Shown here one piece after another: positions 16,614 to 26,000 of a stretch of DNA of 53,318 bases. Source of the stretch: a virus. Its lineage: Duplodnaviria > Caudoviricetes. Position 1 is the first letter of the stretch, and the number at the start of each line of letters is the position of its first letter. The stretch is taken from IMG/VR virus record IMGVR_UViG_3300043803_001519, positions 1-53,318 of that record. One strand, written 5' to 3'. Under the pieces are notes generated by a model. That model did no database searches. It had not been told where the DNA came from and saw nothing but the letters and a program-made list of their open reading frames with translations. The position numbers and the translations under genes were made by a program.

Positions 16614-16617
16614 TTGG

Positions 16618-19200
16618 TCACGCAGCCAGCTTGGGGTTCGCCCCGGTGTACTGGGTGATCGTATTGCCGAACTCCGCGCTGATTGTGAGCCGGCCGGCCG
16701 TCGACACTGCGTCACCAAGTACGTCGAGCGTGCTGTTGGTGATCGCCGCCGTGCCGGTGATGCCGGAAGCACCGCCAAAGAAGACGCCGCCGTCTTCCTT
16801 CGCGCTCCGTACGGTGCAGGCGTTCATCGAGAACGACGACGTTGGGCCATACGGATCGTGCAGCACGCAGTGGAGGTTCGTTGCGCCCGGCGTAGGATCC
16901 CAGCAATGCTCGAAGGTCGAGTTGAGAATGACGACGTTGTTGCTGCTGGCGACGAGCGCATAGCCGTCGAGGTTGTAAGCCCCGCAGCCATTGATGAGAA
17001 TGAGCGCGTTCCAGGGACCGATGCCGGTATGCGAGAAGTCAAAGCCGTCACCGGCGTACGCGGTGTGGTCGGACGCCCAGCCAGTTCGGCTGTCGTACGC
17101 GCCAAGCACGCAGCCCGTCGCCGTGATGTCGCCGGTCTGCGGGCCCTTGACGTAGAACATCTCGCCGCCGTGGTTCTTGGCGGTGCAGTTAGTGAATGTC
17201 AGCGCGCCCCAGGTCATGGCCTCGTAGCCAGGCGTGCCACCGCCGAAGGCGTGGAAGGCCTGGGCCACGTTGCCCTCGAAGTAGCTGCCGACGAGCTCAA
17301 TGTCTCCGTACGCGTGCAGGTTCTGGTCCCGGATCGGCCCGATGCACCAGGCCCCCTGCTGCGTGTTCGGGGTCGACAGCCCCGTGAAGAACCCGCCAGT
17401 GACGGTCAGCTTGTTGGCGCGATCTGCCGCGCAGAGCGCAATCCGGGTGTTGAAGAACGTGGCCTGCGAGGCGTCGACTTGAGTCGTCGATGGCCGTACG
17501 TGGAGGTCGCGGGGCTGCCGGCCGATAGCCACTACTTTGTCGGTGGAAACGGTGAGCGGCACCAGCAGCGTCGAGTGCAGGGAGAGCTTCCTGAGCTCCG
17601 GCCAGACGATCTCGGCGATGCGCTTGTACCCGGCCGACGTCGGGTGGACGTCACCGTCGAGGACGTCAGTACGCTTCGTGTCATTGCCGTCTGGAGTCGT
17701 GACGGCCCGATCGTTGTCCGGGTGCGAGCCGATGGCGTACTCGGGCGGCTGCGTGCCAACCGGCGCCCACAGGGGCCAGGTATCGACCCGTGCGAACTCG
17801 ACCGGTTGCCCGGAGCCGTTGACCAGGGCGGGCGCCAGTGTGGCCAGGAGCGCTCGCTGGTTGGCGATCTCCGCGTAGTAGCCGGCAGCCTTGGTGGTGG
17901 CGACAGCCTCGGGAGTATAGAACGGGTCGAACCAGATCAACTTCTGGAGGCTCTTGCACTTCAGTGCGACGCCCTCCAGGTAGATCTTGATCTGGAAGAC
18001 GTTGTTGCTGTCCATTGGGTCGCTGACTGCGCCAGCGGTGAAGCCGCTGACGTCGTTAACGGAGCCAAGGGCGATGATGACGTCGGGCCCAGTCCCGCTT
18101 TCCCAAGCGGCCAGCGCGTCGCCAGGCCCGCCGCCGAACGGGTTCAGGTCAGTGCGGTAGCCATTCCCCGGATCCCCGGCGTTGAAGATCTTGAACCAGA
18201 GCCGCTGGCGGTTGTAGAGGTACGCCAGCGACTGCAGCCACCAGCCCCAGTAGCCGTTGCCCTGCTCGGCGTTGATGCGCGCCGCGCGGGCGGCGTTGAC
18301 GGCCCCGTCGGTCTGTACGCCCTCGATGTCCGCCTGGGTCTGCGTCTTCGGCTCGCCCGCCGTGTTACGGTTGGTCGCTCCGGCCACGAACGAGTCGCCG
18401 ATGAGCCCGACGCGCAGCGCGGACGTGATCGGGGCGAGCGTCCGCTTGAGGAACTGAACGCGGCGTATCGCGCCGTTACGCCAGAAGGCAGACGGAGCAG
18501 CATCGCCGCGCCCGCCGATTGTGACCGTGCCCATGCGTGCTGCGCCGCTGGTGACCGTCTCGGCGCTGATAACCAGCCCGTCGATGATTAGATACTCGGT
18601 AGTGCCGTCCCACGTCAGGATGACAGTCGCCCACTCCTGGTCGAGGAATGACGGAACATTGTCCGCGATCCGGGTGATCTGGGCCATGACCGGGGCAGCC
18701 GCGGTCTTCAGGTCGTCGTGCCAGACGAGCGTGCGGGTCGTGGCGTTCTGGTTGAGGTACAGCCACCGCTCGGTGCTGAAGTTGTTGCCGGACCAGAGCA
18801 GCGAGGCCGTCGCCGTCGCGGTATCGGTGTTGCCGTCCAGGTCCGCGAAGTCGCCCGGGTCGAACGTCGAGTCGTCGTAGGCGAGCCCGGACCGCTGGAC
18901 CTCCATGACGATCGCGCCAGCAGCGGCCATCGCCGCGCTGTGGGGAAAGGAGGTTCTCTGGAGCGCCTTCAGGCCGTTGGGGACGAAGCCCAGGACAGGG
19001 TCAGGAACGTAGGTCCCGCTGACGGACGCAGTGCGCTCTGCCCACGCCGCCTGCGGCAACCGGAGGTCTAAGTCGAGGACCAGGTCCGGGTCAGTGGTCG
19101 GGACGAGCGGCGAGAACGTGTCGGCGCCGGCCTCGAAGCGACCAACGATCGAGCGCAGGATGTCCTGCGCGATATCGCTCGTGGCCGCTGCAGTCGTCAT
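16618..19200 (-). CDS. Tailspike/receptor-binding protein with LamG-like, SGNH esterase and beta-helix regions
   Basis: SGNH blocks IGDSF, NAGDPG, IALGSVND and DGDVHPT. LamG-like VILTWDGTTEYLIIDG. C-terminal N/C/G-rich beta-helix-like repeats. Confidence 0.75.
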   Translation of the reverse strand: MTTAAATSDIAQDILRSIVGRFEAGADTFSPLVPTTDPDLVLDLDLRLPQAAWAERTASVSGTYVPDPVLGFVPNGLKALQRTSFPHSAAMAAAGAIVMEVQRSGLAYDDSTFDPGDFADLDGNTDTATATASLLWSGNNFSTERWLYLNQNATTRTLVWHDDLKTAAAPVMAQITRIADNVPSFLDQEWATVILTWDGTTEYLIIDGLVISAETVTSGAARMGTVTIGGRGDAAPSAFWRNGAIRRVQFLKRTLAPITSALRVGLIGDSFVAGATNRNTAGEPKTQTQADIEGVQTDGAVNAARAARINAEQGNGYWGWWLQSLAYLYNRQRLWFKIFNAGDPGNGYRTDLNPFGGGPGDALAAWESGTGPDVIIALGSVNDVSGFTAGAVSDPMDSNNVFQIKIYLEGVALKCKSLQKLIWFDPFYTPEAVATTKAAGYYAEIANQRALLATLAPALVNGSGQPVEFARVDTWPLWAPVGTQPPEYAIGSHPDNDRAVTTPDGNDTKRTDVLDGDVHPTSAGYKRIAEIVWPELRKLSLHSTLLVPLTVSTDKVVAIGRQPRDLHVRPSTTQVDASQATFFNTRIALCAADRANKLTVTGGFFTGLSTPNTQQGAWCIGPIRDQNLHAYGDIELVGSYFEGNVAQAFHAFGGGTPGYEAMTWGALTFTNCTAKNHGGEMFYVKGPQTGDITATGCVLGAYDSRTGWASDHTAYAGDGFDFSHTGIGPWNALILINGCGAYNLDGYALVASSNNVVILNSTFEHCWDPTPGATNLHCVLHDPYGPTSSFSMNACTVRSAKEDGGVFFGGASGITGTAAITNSTLDVLGDAVSTAGRLTISAEFGNTITQYTGANPKLAA

Positions 19201-19496
19201 TAGATGAGCACCCCGCCACCGATGGTGCCGGACGTGCGCGACGTGACGTTGAGACGAACCGCGTCGACATGCCCGATGCGGACGATCTTGTTTTCGGTGA
19301 TGCCTGTCTCGACCTTGGCCCAGGCGAGCGAGGCATCGACGCGGGCCTCGATGTCGACGATAGCGGCGCCGGTCAACACAACCTGTACAGACGCCTCCTG
19401 ACGACCGAGGCGGGCCGCCTTGGCCATCCCGGAGAGTTCAACGGCGGTGGTCTGCCCGACGCCAGACAGAGTGTCGAAGGAGGTGTACATGCTCAT
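19200..19496 (-). CDS. Small beta-rich virion protein (possible spike adaptor)
   Basis: 98 aa, coupled between two tailspike genes. Confidence 0.55.
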   Translation of the reverse strand: MSMYTSFDTLSGVGQTTAVELSGMAKAARLGRQEASVQVVLTGAAIVDIEARVDASLAWAKVETGITENKIVRIGHVDAVRLNVTSRTSGTIGGGVLI

Positions 19497-19499
19497 GGT

Positions 19500-21431
19500 C
19501 TAAGCTCCGAGGTTGGGCAGGTTCTTCCAGCCCGTTGAGGTGAACTGGCGCCCCATGGCCGCTCCGGCCGCGGCGTCGGTGTAGATGGCTGTGTCGCCAA
19601 CGACGAACGGCCCACCACCGGCTTCGTAGGCTGCCTGGCTTGCAACGCTCCAGCGCAGGACCAGCTTGCCAGCCTCGACTGAGCCGACTGCGTTCGGGGC
19701 CGACTCGACCCGGCCTTCGTAGATCGCTTCGGCGCAGTCACCGGGGGCGAAGACCACCTCGTCGATGACGACGTACTCGGTCCCGGCAGCCAGGCTGTTG
19801 GAGTCGTTCAGGTAGACCCACAGGATGATGCTCGTGACAGCAGCCGGGATGTCGGCCACCACCCACACGAAGTTGTAGGCGCCAGGGGTCAGGTACTTGG
19901 TCGGGTCGGACTTGGTCTCGGCCAGGCCGGAGCTCGTGGTCGTGGCCACGCCGATGCGCACCGGCATGGTCGGGGCGGGGCCAGCGAAGCCGTCAGCCTC
20001 CGGGACGTAGAGCCAGACAGCGAACGTCATCCTGCGCGCGGCAGTCGCGTTCAGGAGCTCCGTGGAGATGAGGGAGAAGCCGTAGCGGTTCTGGGGCGTC
20101 CCCGCGGTGGCCGTTACGCGCATGGCGTTGGGCGGCGTCCTGACGAGGACAGACTCGTTGGCGTCGCTGACGTTGACTGCCGCGCGCCCGGTGCCGAACC
20201 GCTGCCCCTCGAGGAACCGGTTGGGGAACAGGTTCTGGGCAAGCGGGAAAGTCTCTTCGACGGCCGCGGTCGGGTAACCGAAGGCGACGGCCGGCATCCG
20301 CGGGCGCCGGTTCGACGTGGCCGAGGTCGTCTTGATGCTGCGCCGGTTCGTGCCGGTGTCAAAGCGGACGTCGATGTCCCAGTCGCGGACCTTGTCGAGC
20401 TCGATGGGGTAGGCCGCGCCACCGGGGCCCGAGACGGTTCCGCTCTGGATCTTGAACCCGTTGACCTTGGAGACCGTGCCGACGCGGAGCCACGGCGTCT
20501 CGATACGGCCAACCTGGGCCGTCTTGTAGACCCCGATGATGAGGTTCCCGCCGCCGTTGATGGCGCTGGCCAGGGTGCCGTACGCCGTCAGGTCGAGCCA
20601 GCGGAGGATATTCAGGGCGACCGTGTCGTTGAGGTCGAGCGACCGCAGGGCGTTGATGCTGACGAGGTCCAGGAGCCCGCCGTTCAGCCGTTCGCCCCGC
20701 AGCGACAGGCCGCAGTTGTCGGTACGGATCCGCAGGGTGCCGTTCTCGCCCATGGCCCAGACGCCCTCGGCGCAGCCGAAGACGTGGACGTCGAGCTCGC
20801 CGTTGCTGACGTCGTCGACGTCCGGGTTGCCGCCCGGCCGCCCCCACTGGAGGCCGACGCACTGCACGGCCTGGGTCGGGCCGGCGACGTCCGCGCCGAT
20901 CCCGAAGCCGGCCAGGTAGGCGCCGGTGAGCGCCGGGTCGACCCGCAGGACCGGCTGGAGGGCGCCGTTGTCGTCCAGGTCCGTGATCAGGGCCTTGAAC
21001 CAGGAGCGGGCCACCGCCGACGAGCGCCCGTAGCCAAGGCCGATGATCGGGCACGTCACGTCGACCGTGCGGCCGACGCCGATGCCGAAAGGCGTGGGGG
21101 AGACGAGCAGCCCCAGCTTCCGCTCGGTCAGCTCGGCGATGGCCGCCTCGAGCTCGTCAGCCTCGTCCTCGCCGCTGCCGGACAGCCGCATCTCCTCGGC
21201 CGTGACCCAGCCGCTGGAGAGGCCGTACGTCGGCCGGAACGACTGGAGCATGCGCTCGAAGTCCGAGGGGGTGGCGGCTACGACGCGCTTGGCGTTCGAG
21301 TCCCAGACGAGCGGGGCGTCCCGCGTCGGGTCAAGGTCAAGGTCGCTGTCCCCCGTACCGTAGACACCGATACGAAGGTTGGCCAACCCCTCCAGGGGGC
21401 CGCGGTTCCTGACTGGTCCAGATGATGGCAT
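19500..21431 (-). CDS. Tailspike/depolymerase-like protein (beta-helix + CBM-like C-terminus)
   Basis: GEDEADELEAAIAE start typical of pectate-lyase-like spikes; NLFPN...TFAVWLYVP...VIDEV CBM-like domain. Confidence 0.6.
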   Translation of the reverse strand: MPSSGPVRNRGPLEGLANLRIGVYGTGDSDLDLDPTRDAPLVWDSNAKRVVAATPSDFERMLQSFRPTYGLSSGWVTAEEMRLSGSGEDEADELEAAIAELTERKLGLLVSPTPFGIGVGRTVDVTCPIIGLGYGRSSAVARSWFKALITDLDDNGALQPVLRVDPALTGAYLAGFGIGADVAGPTQAVQCVGLQWGRPGGNPDVDDVSNGELDVHVFGCAEGVWAMGENGTLRIRTDNCGLSLRGERLNGGLLDLVSINALRSLDLNDTVALNILRWLDLTAYGTLASAINGGGNLIIGVYKTAQVGRIETPWLRVGTVSKVNGFKIQSGTVSGPGGAAYPIELDKVRDWDIDVRFDTGTNRRSIKTTSATSNRRPRMPAVAFGYPTAAVEETFPLAQNLFPNRFLEGQRFGTGRAAVNVSDANESVLVRTPPNAMRVTATAGTPQNRYGFSLISTELLNATAARRMTFAVWLYVPEADGFAGPAPTMPVRIGVATTTSSGLAETKSDPTKYLTPGAYNFVWVVADIPAAVTSIILWVYLNDSNSLAAGTEYVVIDEVVFAPGDCAEAIYEGRVESAPNAVGSVEAGKLVLRWSVASQAAYEAGGGPFVVGDTAIYTDAAAGAAMGRQFTSTGWKNLPNLGA

Positions 21432-21440
21432 TCGCGGACC

Positions 21441-21890
21441 TTACGGACTGACCTTGCGGGCTGCCACTTGCGCGCTCAGCACAGGCAGGCCACAGGAGTT
21501 CACGACCTCGCAGGCGATCTCCGCGGCCCGGACGGCGTCGGCTCCCGCCAGCATGGCCGCCAGGGCCGCCTGCTCGCCGCTCCCGGCGCTCAGCGGGACA
21601 TCGGCGGGCCAGGGCATCGGAATGGTGGCGTCGTCGTAGACCTCCACCCGGCCGTCGTCGTAGAGCAGGATGACCTCGGAGTCGTCCAGGTCGTCCGGCG
21701 CCAGGCGCTCGGGGTCCTCGAGCCAGGCGTACAGCTCATGGATCTTCGAGAGTGTTCCAGCCCCGGCTGCCCACGCCCGCAGTCGCTCGATCCTCACCAG
21801 CTTCTTCCAGCCCGGTCTCAGCTTCGTAGAACCGGAGCACACTAGGGAGTCGACGGCGAGCGTACCGTCTTTGTAGGCGACGACTGTCAC
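21441..21890 (-). CDS. HslV-like Ntn (threonine) peptidase
   Basis: N-terminal (M)TVVAYKDGTLAVDS, then KKL, AGAG and SAGSG..AALAAM..GADAVRAAEIA. Confidence 0.75.
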   Translation of the reverse strand: MTVVAYKDGTLAVDSLVCSGSTKLRPGWKKLVRIERLRAWAAGAGTLSKIHELYAWLEDPERLAPDDLDDSEVILLYDDGRVEVYDDATIPMPWPADVPLSAGSGEQAALAAMLAGADAVRAAEIACEVVNSCGLPVLSAQVAARKVSP

Positions 21891-22165
21891 TTTCCTCGGC
21901 TCCAGGTTGCGATTTCGGCCTTGTCTTCGTTACACCGTCGGAGTGCTCGGACGGCGGCAGCGGCTTCGGCCTCCAGTGAGTCGTTCTTTTCGATCTGGGC
22001 AAAGTCGGGCACCTTAGTCGGGGTCAGGAGTTCCTCCGGCGGCTGCACGCGCACGTACTCCACCACCGGCGTTGCCACAGGCTTCACCACCGGCGGCTTC
22101 ACACAGCCGGCGGCGAACGCTGTCAGGTACAGGGCGATCAGCCCATTCCGCGTAGTCGGGTTCAT
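21887..22165 (-). CDS. o-spanin (Rz1-like lipoprotein)
   Basis: Signal with lipobox FAAG-C, Pro-rich, C-terminal ALRRCNEDK; overlaps the i-spanin. Confidence 0.8.
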   Translation of the reverse strand: MNPTTRNGLIALYLTAFAAGCVKPPVVKPVATPVVEYVRVQPPEELLTPTKVPDFAQIEKNDSLEAEAAAAVRALRRCNEDKAEIATWSRGK

Positions 22166-22499
22166 TGGTCCTGGCCTCCTGCTGCTGGCGGCGGAACGTC
22201 TCCACCTCACGCTCGGCACGACGTGCCCGGTCACTGAGTCGCTTGGTCACTGCGTCACGGGCAGCGACCTCACCTTGCAGCGCGATGATCCCGCGCTGCA
22301 GGGCTTCGATCTGGAGTTGCTTGCTGGCCGAGGTGTCGGCGGCCACGATCCCGGCGATCTCAGCCTGGCAGGCCAGCCCGGCGGCCCGGAGCTCCGCGAC
22401 CTTGTCGACCAGTAGCTTGGTGGCCAAGATCGTAGTGACGAGGAGCGCCACGATCGCGTATGCCCAGAAGGGCAGCTTGGCGAGTAGCGCCTTGATCAC
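22014..22499 (-). CDS. i-spanin (Rz-like)
   Basis: N-terminal TM helix, coiled coil, C-terminal WADRPVPDSVRRRL; directly downstream of the endolysin. Confidence 0.8.
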   Translation of the reverse strand: MIKALLAKLPFWAYAIVALLVTTILATKLLVDKVAELRAAGLACQAEIAGIVAADTSASKQLQIEALQRGIIALQGEVAARDAVTKRLSDRARRAEREVETFRRQQQEARTNEPDYAEWADRPVPDSVRRRLCEAAGGEACGNAGGGVRARAAAGGTPDPD

Positions 22500-22990
22500 A
22501 CCTCGGCCCCGGTCTCGGCCGAGCAGGCCAGCGCGAAGAACGGCTCGGCCTTCTCGATGGTGCCCTTGCCGAGGAGGGTGTTGTAGAACACCTTCCAGTA
22601 CTTGGCCATGCCCAGGCTGTTCGCCGGGCCAGGGAGTTCCTGGGGGATCCGCCGGTAGAAGACCCGGCACATCGCCGCCGCGTAGCAGAGGTTGCCCTGC
22701 ATCTCGAAGACGCTGTCGGCGACCGGGTACATCCCGGAGCGCAGGACCATGACCTTGTGCTCGAGGTCCGGGCGCTCCTTCAGCCAGCGCAGGAGGTCCT
22801 TGTAGGTCGCCGGCTCGATCTGGAAGATCGAGATGGCCGGGCCTTTGACCTGGCGCACGTAGGCCGCCTTGGACTCAACCAGGGCGGTACCAAGGACCAG
22901 GTTCTCGGCGGCCGGGCTCCAGAGCCCGATGGACTCCAGGGCCGGCCGGATGACGAACTGACGAAGCTGGGTAGGGTCAAGACCACGCAT
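22496..22990 (-). CDS. Putative endolysin (lysozyme-like fold)
   Basis: LGTALVES...QVKGPAISIFQIEPAT...YAAAMCR...YWKVFYNT; upstream of the spanins. Confidence 0.7.
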   Translation of the reverse strand: MRGLDPTQLRQFVIRPALESIGLWSPAAENLVLGTALVESKAAYVRQVKGPAISIFQIEPATYKDLLRWLKERPDLEHKVMVLRSGMYPVADSVFEMQGNLCYAAAMCRVFYRRIPQELPGPANSLGMAKYWKVFYNTLLGKGTIEKAEPFFALACSAETGAEV

Positions 22991-23027
22991 GGGGGTAGCC
23001 TACGAAGCCCCTCGCGGGGCTGCCGCC

Positions 23028-26000
23028 TTAGCCGCCGGCCAGGGTCGCCCCGACCGCCCTGCGGGCAGGCGGGAGCTGGTTCAGGATGGGGACCGCCCGG
23101 ACGAGGCTGGTCGAGGCCGGGTCGGCCACCCAGCCGTTGACCTGCTCCACGGTCGGGCCCAGGAGCCCGATGAAGCCGTTGTTGCCCCGCTCGCTGGCCT
23201 CGAAGAAGTCCATGGCGTACTGGCCGATACCCAGGAAGCCCGTCCGCTGCGCCAGGTTACCAAGGTAGGCCAGCGCGTCCTGGTCGTCGGTCGGAGTCTT
23301 TGCGCCCCACAGCCGGTACTGGAAGAGCTCGCGGAGCTCGAGGCCGATCGCGGTCATGAGCATCATCATCATCGCCGGGCCGGCGAGCTTCATCGCGCCC
23401 TGCCAGCCGAGGCCGGCCGCCTTCGCGTTGGCGAACATCTGGCCCATGATCGTGTTCTGGAACAGGTACATGAACTGGTGCAGATGGAAGATGAGCATCG
23501 CCGCCGGGTGCGAGGCCCAGAGCGGGCGCTGCGACGGGTCGGGACGCATCACGGACTCGTTGACGAACTGGATCAGCGCGTCGACGACCTTGTTGTCGGC
23601 CGCGGCGATCGCCGGGTCCGCCTGGCTGTAGGTGGACTCGCCGGGCAACTGCCGGCCGCCCTGCAGCCAGGCCGTGGCCTCCTCGACCGACAGGTTGAGC
23701 TGCTGCAGGTCGTGGATGGCAACCGGGTCGCCCTGCACGGCCTTCGCGGCGCGCTCGGCGATGAAGTCGAGGCCCACGCGCATGCCGACCGAGCGGGTGA
23801 AGTTGGTCCAGCGGTGGAGCTGGATGGCGGTGAACATCTTGTCGTTGATGTTGCGGGCCATGGGCGAGAACCAGTGGTTGTCGTAGTCGTACGACAGGAT
23901 GTGGTTCTGGAACTCGTCGGTGTAGATGCCGTAGATCCGTGCGAGCTGGTTGAAGTCGGAGTTGCGGTTGGCGACGTCCTTGATGCCAGCCTTGAGCGAC
24001 TTCCACGCGAGCTGCATGTTGTTGGCGCGGATGGCCGGGCCGATGATGTCGGGGAACGACGAGAGCGTGCCGAAGAGCAGCGTCCGCATGTTCTGGTAGG
24101 TCAGCACCCAGCCCATGGCCGTGCGGACGTTGGGCGGGAAGTCGCGGCCGTAGCGCCCCAGGGCCGCGTCGACCAGGTCCTTCGTGCGGCGAATCTGGGC
24201 GGCGGTAGCACCGGCCTGGCCCATGTCGTTCAGCATGGACATGAGCTTGGCACGCGGGTTCCAGTTCTTGTAGACCTCGCCGGTCTGCTGGCGCTCCTCG
24301 GGGGAGTTGCGGATCGCCTCCTCGCCGAAGTACTCGTTGAACACCGCGGCGTTCGACAGCGCGTGGATGTAGCGGATCATGCTGACCCGCGGGTTCTGCT
24401 CGATGTACGGCTTGAAGAACGCGTCGCTGAGCATCTTGTGGCGCTTGTTGAAGAAGCGCCCGCTCGGCGTGTCGATCTTGTCGTTGACACCGGGGTTGAA
24501 GTTGATCTGCTCGGGCGCGCCGCTGACCAGCGAGTCGAAGAGCTTCTCCGCGGCCTCCGTGCGCTCGGCGGCCGTGAGCTGGGCCGTCGGGCTGCTGGGC
24601 GTGATGTAGTTGGCTGCCAGGTGCGCCACGATCTTCGTGCGGTCGTCCAGGAGCTTCTGCTTCTCGCCCCACATCAGCGGGATGTAGTTCCTGCGGAAGA
24701 TGAGCGGCAGTCCGCTCTTACGGCCCTTGCCGTAGGCGGCCTGGTAGAAGTCGAGGATCTTCTGGGCCAGCGGTGAGACCTGGGCCGGAGCCTGGCGCCC
24801 GGTCGTGAGCTTCCAGAGCTCCTCGAACGCGGCGTTGATCTCGGCCTCCGGCACGTCCTTGAAGATCTTGATGCCGTCCGCGATCAGCTCGCTGCGGAAG
24901 CGCTGCATCCGGTTGTAGAACGTCGGCTTGTCGTTGCCCGAGATCTGCCCGCGGATGCGGAAGAAGATGTCGGCGAGCTTGTCGCCGCCAGGGATCCGGC
25001 GGAGCTGACCGGCGACGGTGGCGAACGTCTGGTCGAAGAGATCCATGCCGAGCTTCTCGCCATAGGCGATCGTCGGGCTAGCATCGAGCTTCCGCTTGAT
25101 CCGACGGAGCGTGCGCTCGGCGTACCGCTGGCGGACCTTGGCGTCGTAGCCCTTCTGGCCTTTGCGCGGGCGTGGGGCGCCGCCACGAAGTTGGGAAAGC
25201 CGCACCGTCGTGGCGATCTGCTGGGCCAGCTCGAGAAGCGCCGGTGCGCTTTCCCGCGCGCCCTCGATGAGCCACTGTGGCGCACCCGGCACGTCAGCCT
25301 TCTGATTGGCCACCAGCTCAATGAAGGCCTGCGTAATCGCCAGTTTCCCGCGCGAGTTACTGTCAACGGTGCCAGGCGGGCGTTTCTGGCCCATGAGCGC
25401 CGACCGCAGGAATTCGCCGTAGGCCTCCGACGGGCGGAAGAAGCGCGCGAGGGCGTCGTAGATCTTCCGCATCACGCTTCCAAGAGACGCAAAGAACTTC
25501 TCTGTCTCCGGGGTCGCGGCCGGGGCCTTGGAGCCTTCGGACGCCACCGTGCTGATGAACTGGGTAGCCGCCCACTCCTCTACAACACGCACAAGGGCGC
25601 CGAAGTAGGCGTCGCTCCTGCCTAGGGCTTCTACTGGTGACTGTGTCTTGGGATCGATGCCATCGCGCGCAGCAGCAGCGTCCAGCTCGTCCCGATAGGC
25701 CTCGAACGTCGGGCCGAAGATACGGAATCGGCTGGGGACTGTAACACCGGCCTTCCCGCTGTAGATGTCAGCGAGGGCGTCCCGGACGAGAGCGGCGCGA
25801 ACGGCCAATGGCGCGCTCGAGAAGTACTTGCGGAACACGACATGACCGAGCTCGTGGCCGACCACCATGGCGGCCCGGCCACCGGGGCCTCCGAACTCAT
25901 CGATCTCGAGCAGGTTCTTTGGCAGCGTGATGTAGATGCCGTCGTTGAGCACCAGGACAGCGCCGTACTCGGTACCGGTCTTTGACATTGGCCCGCGGGC

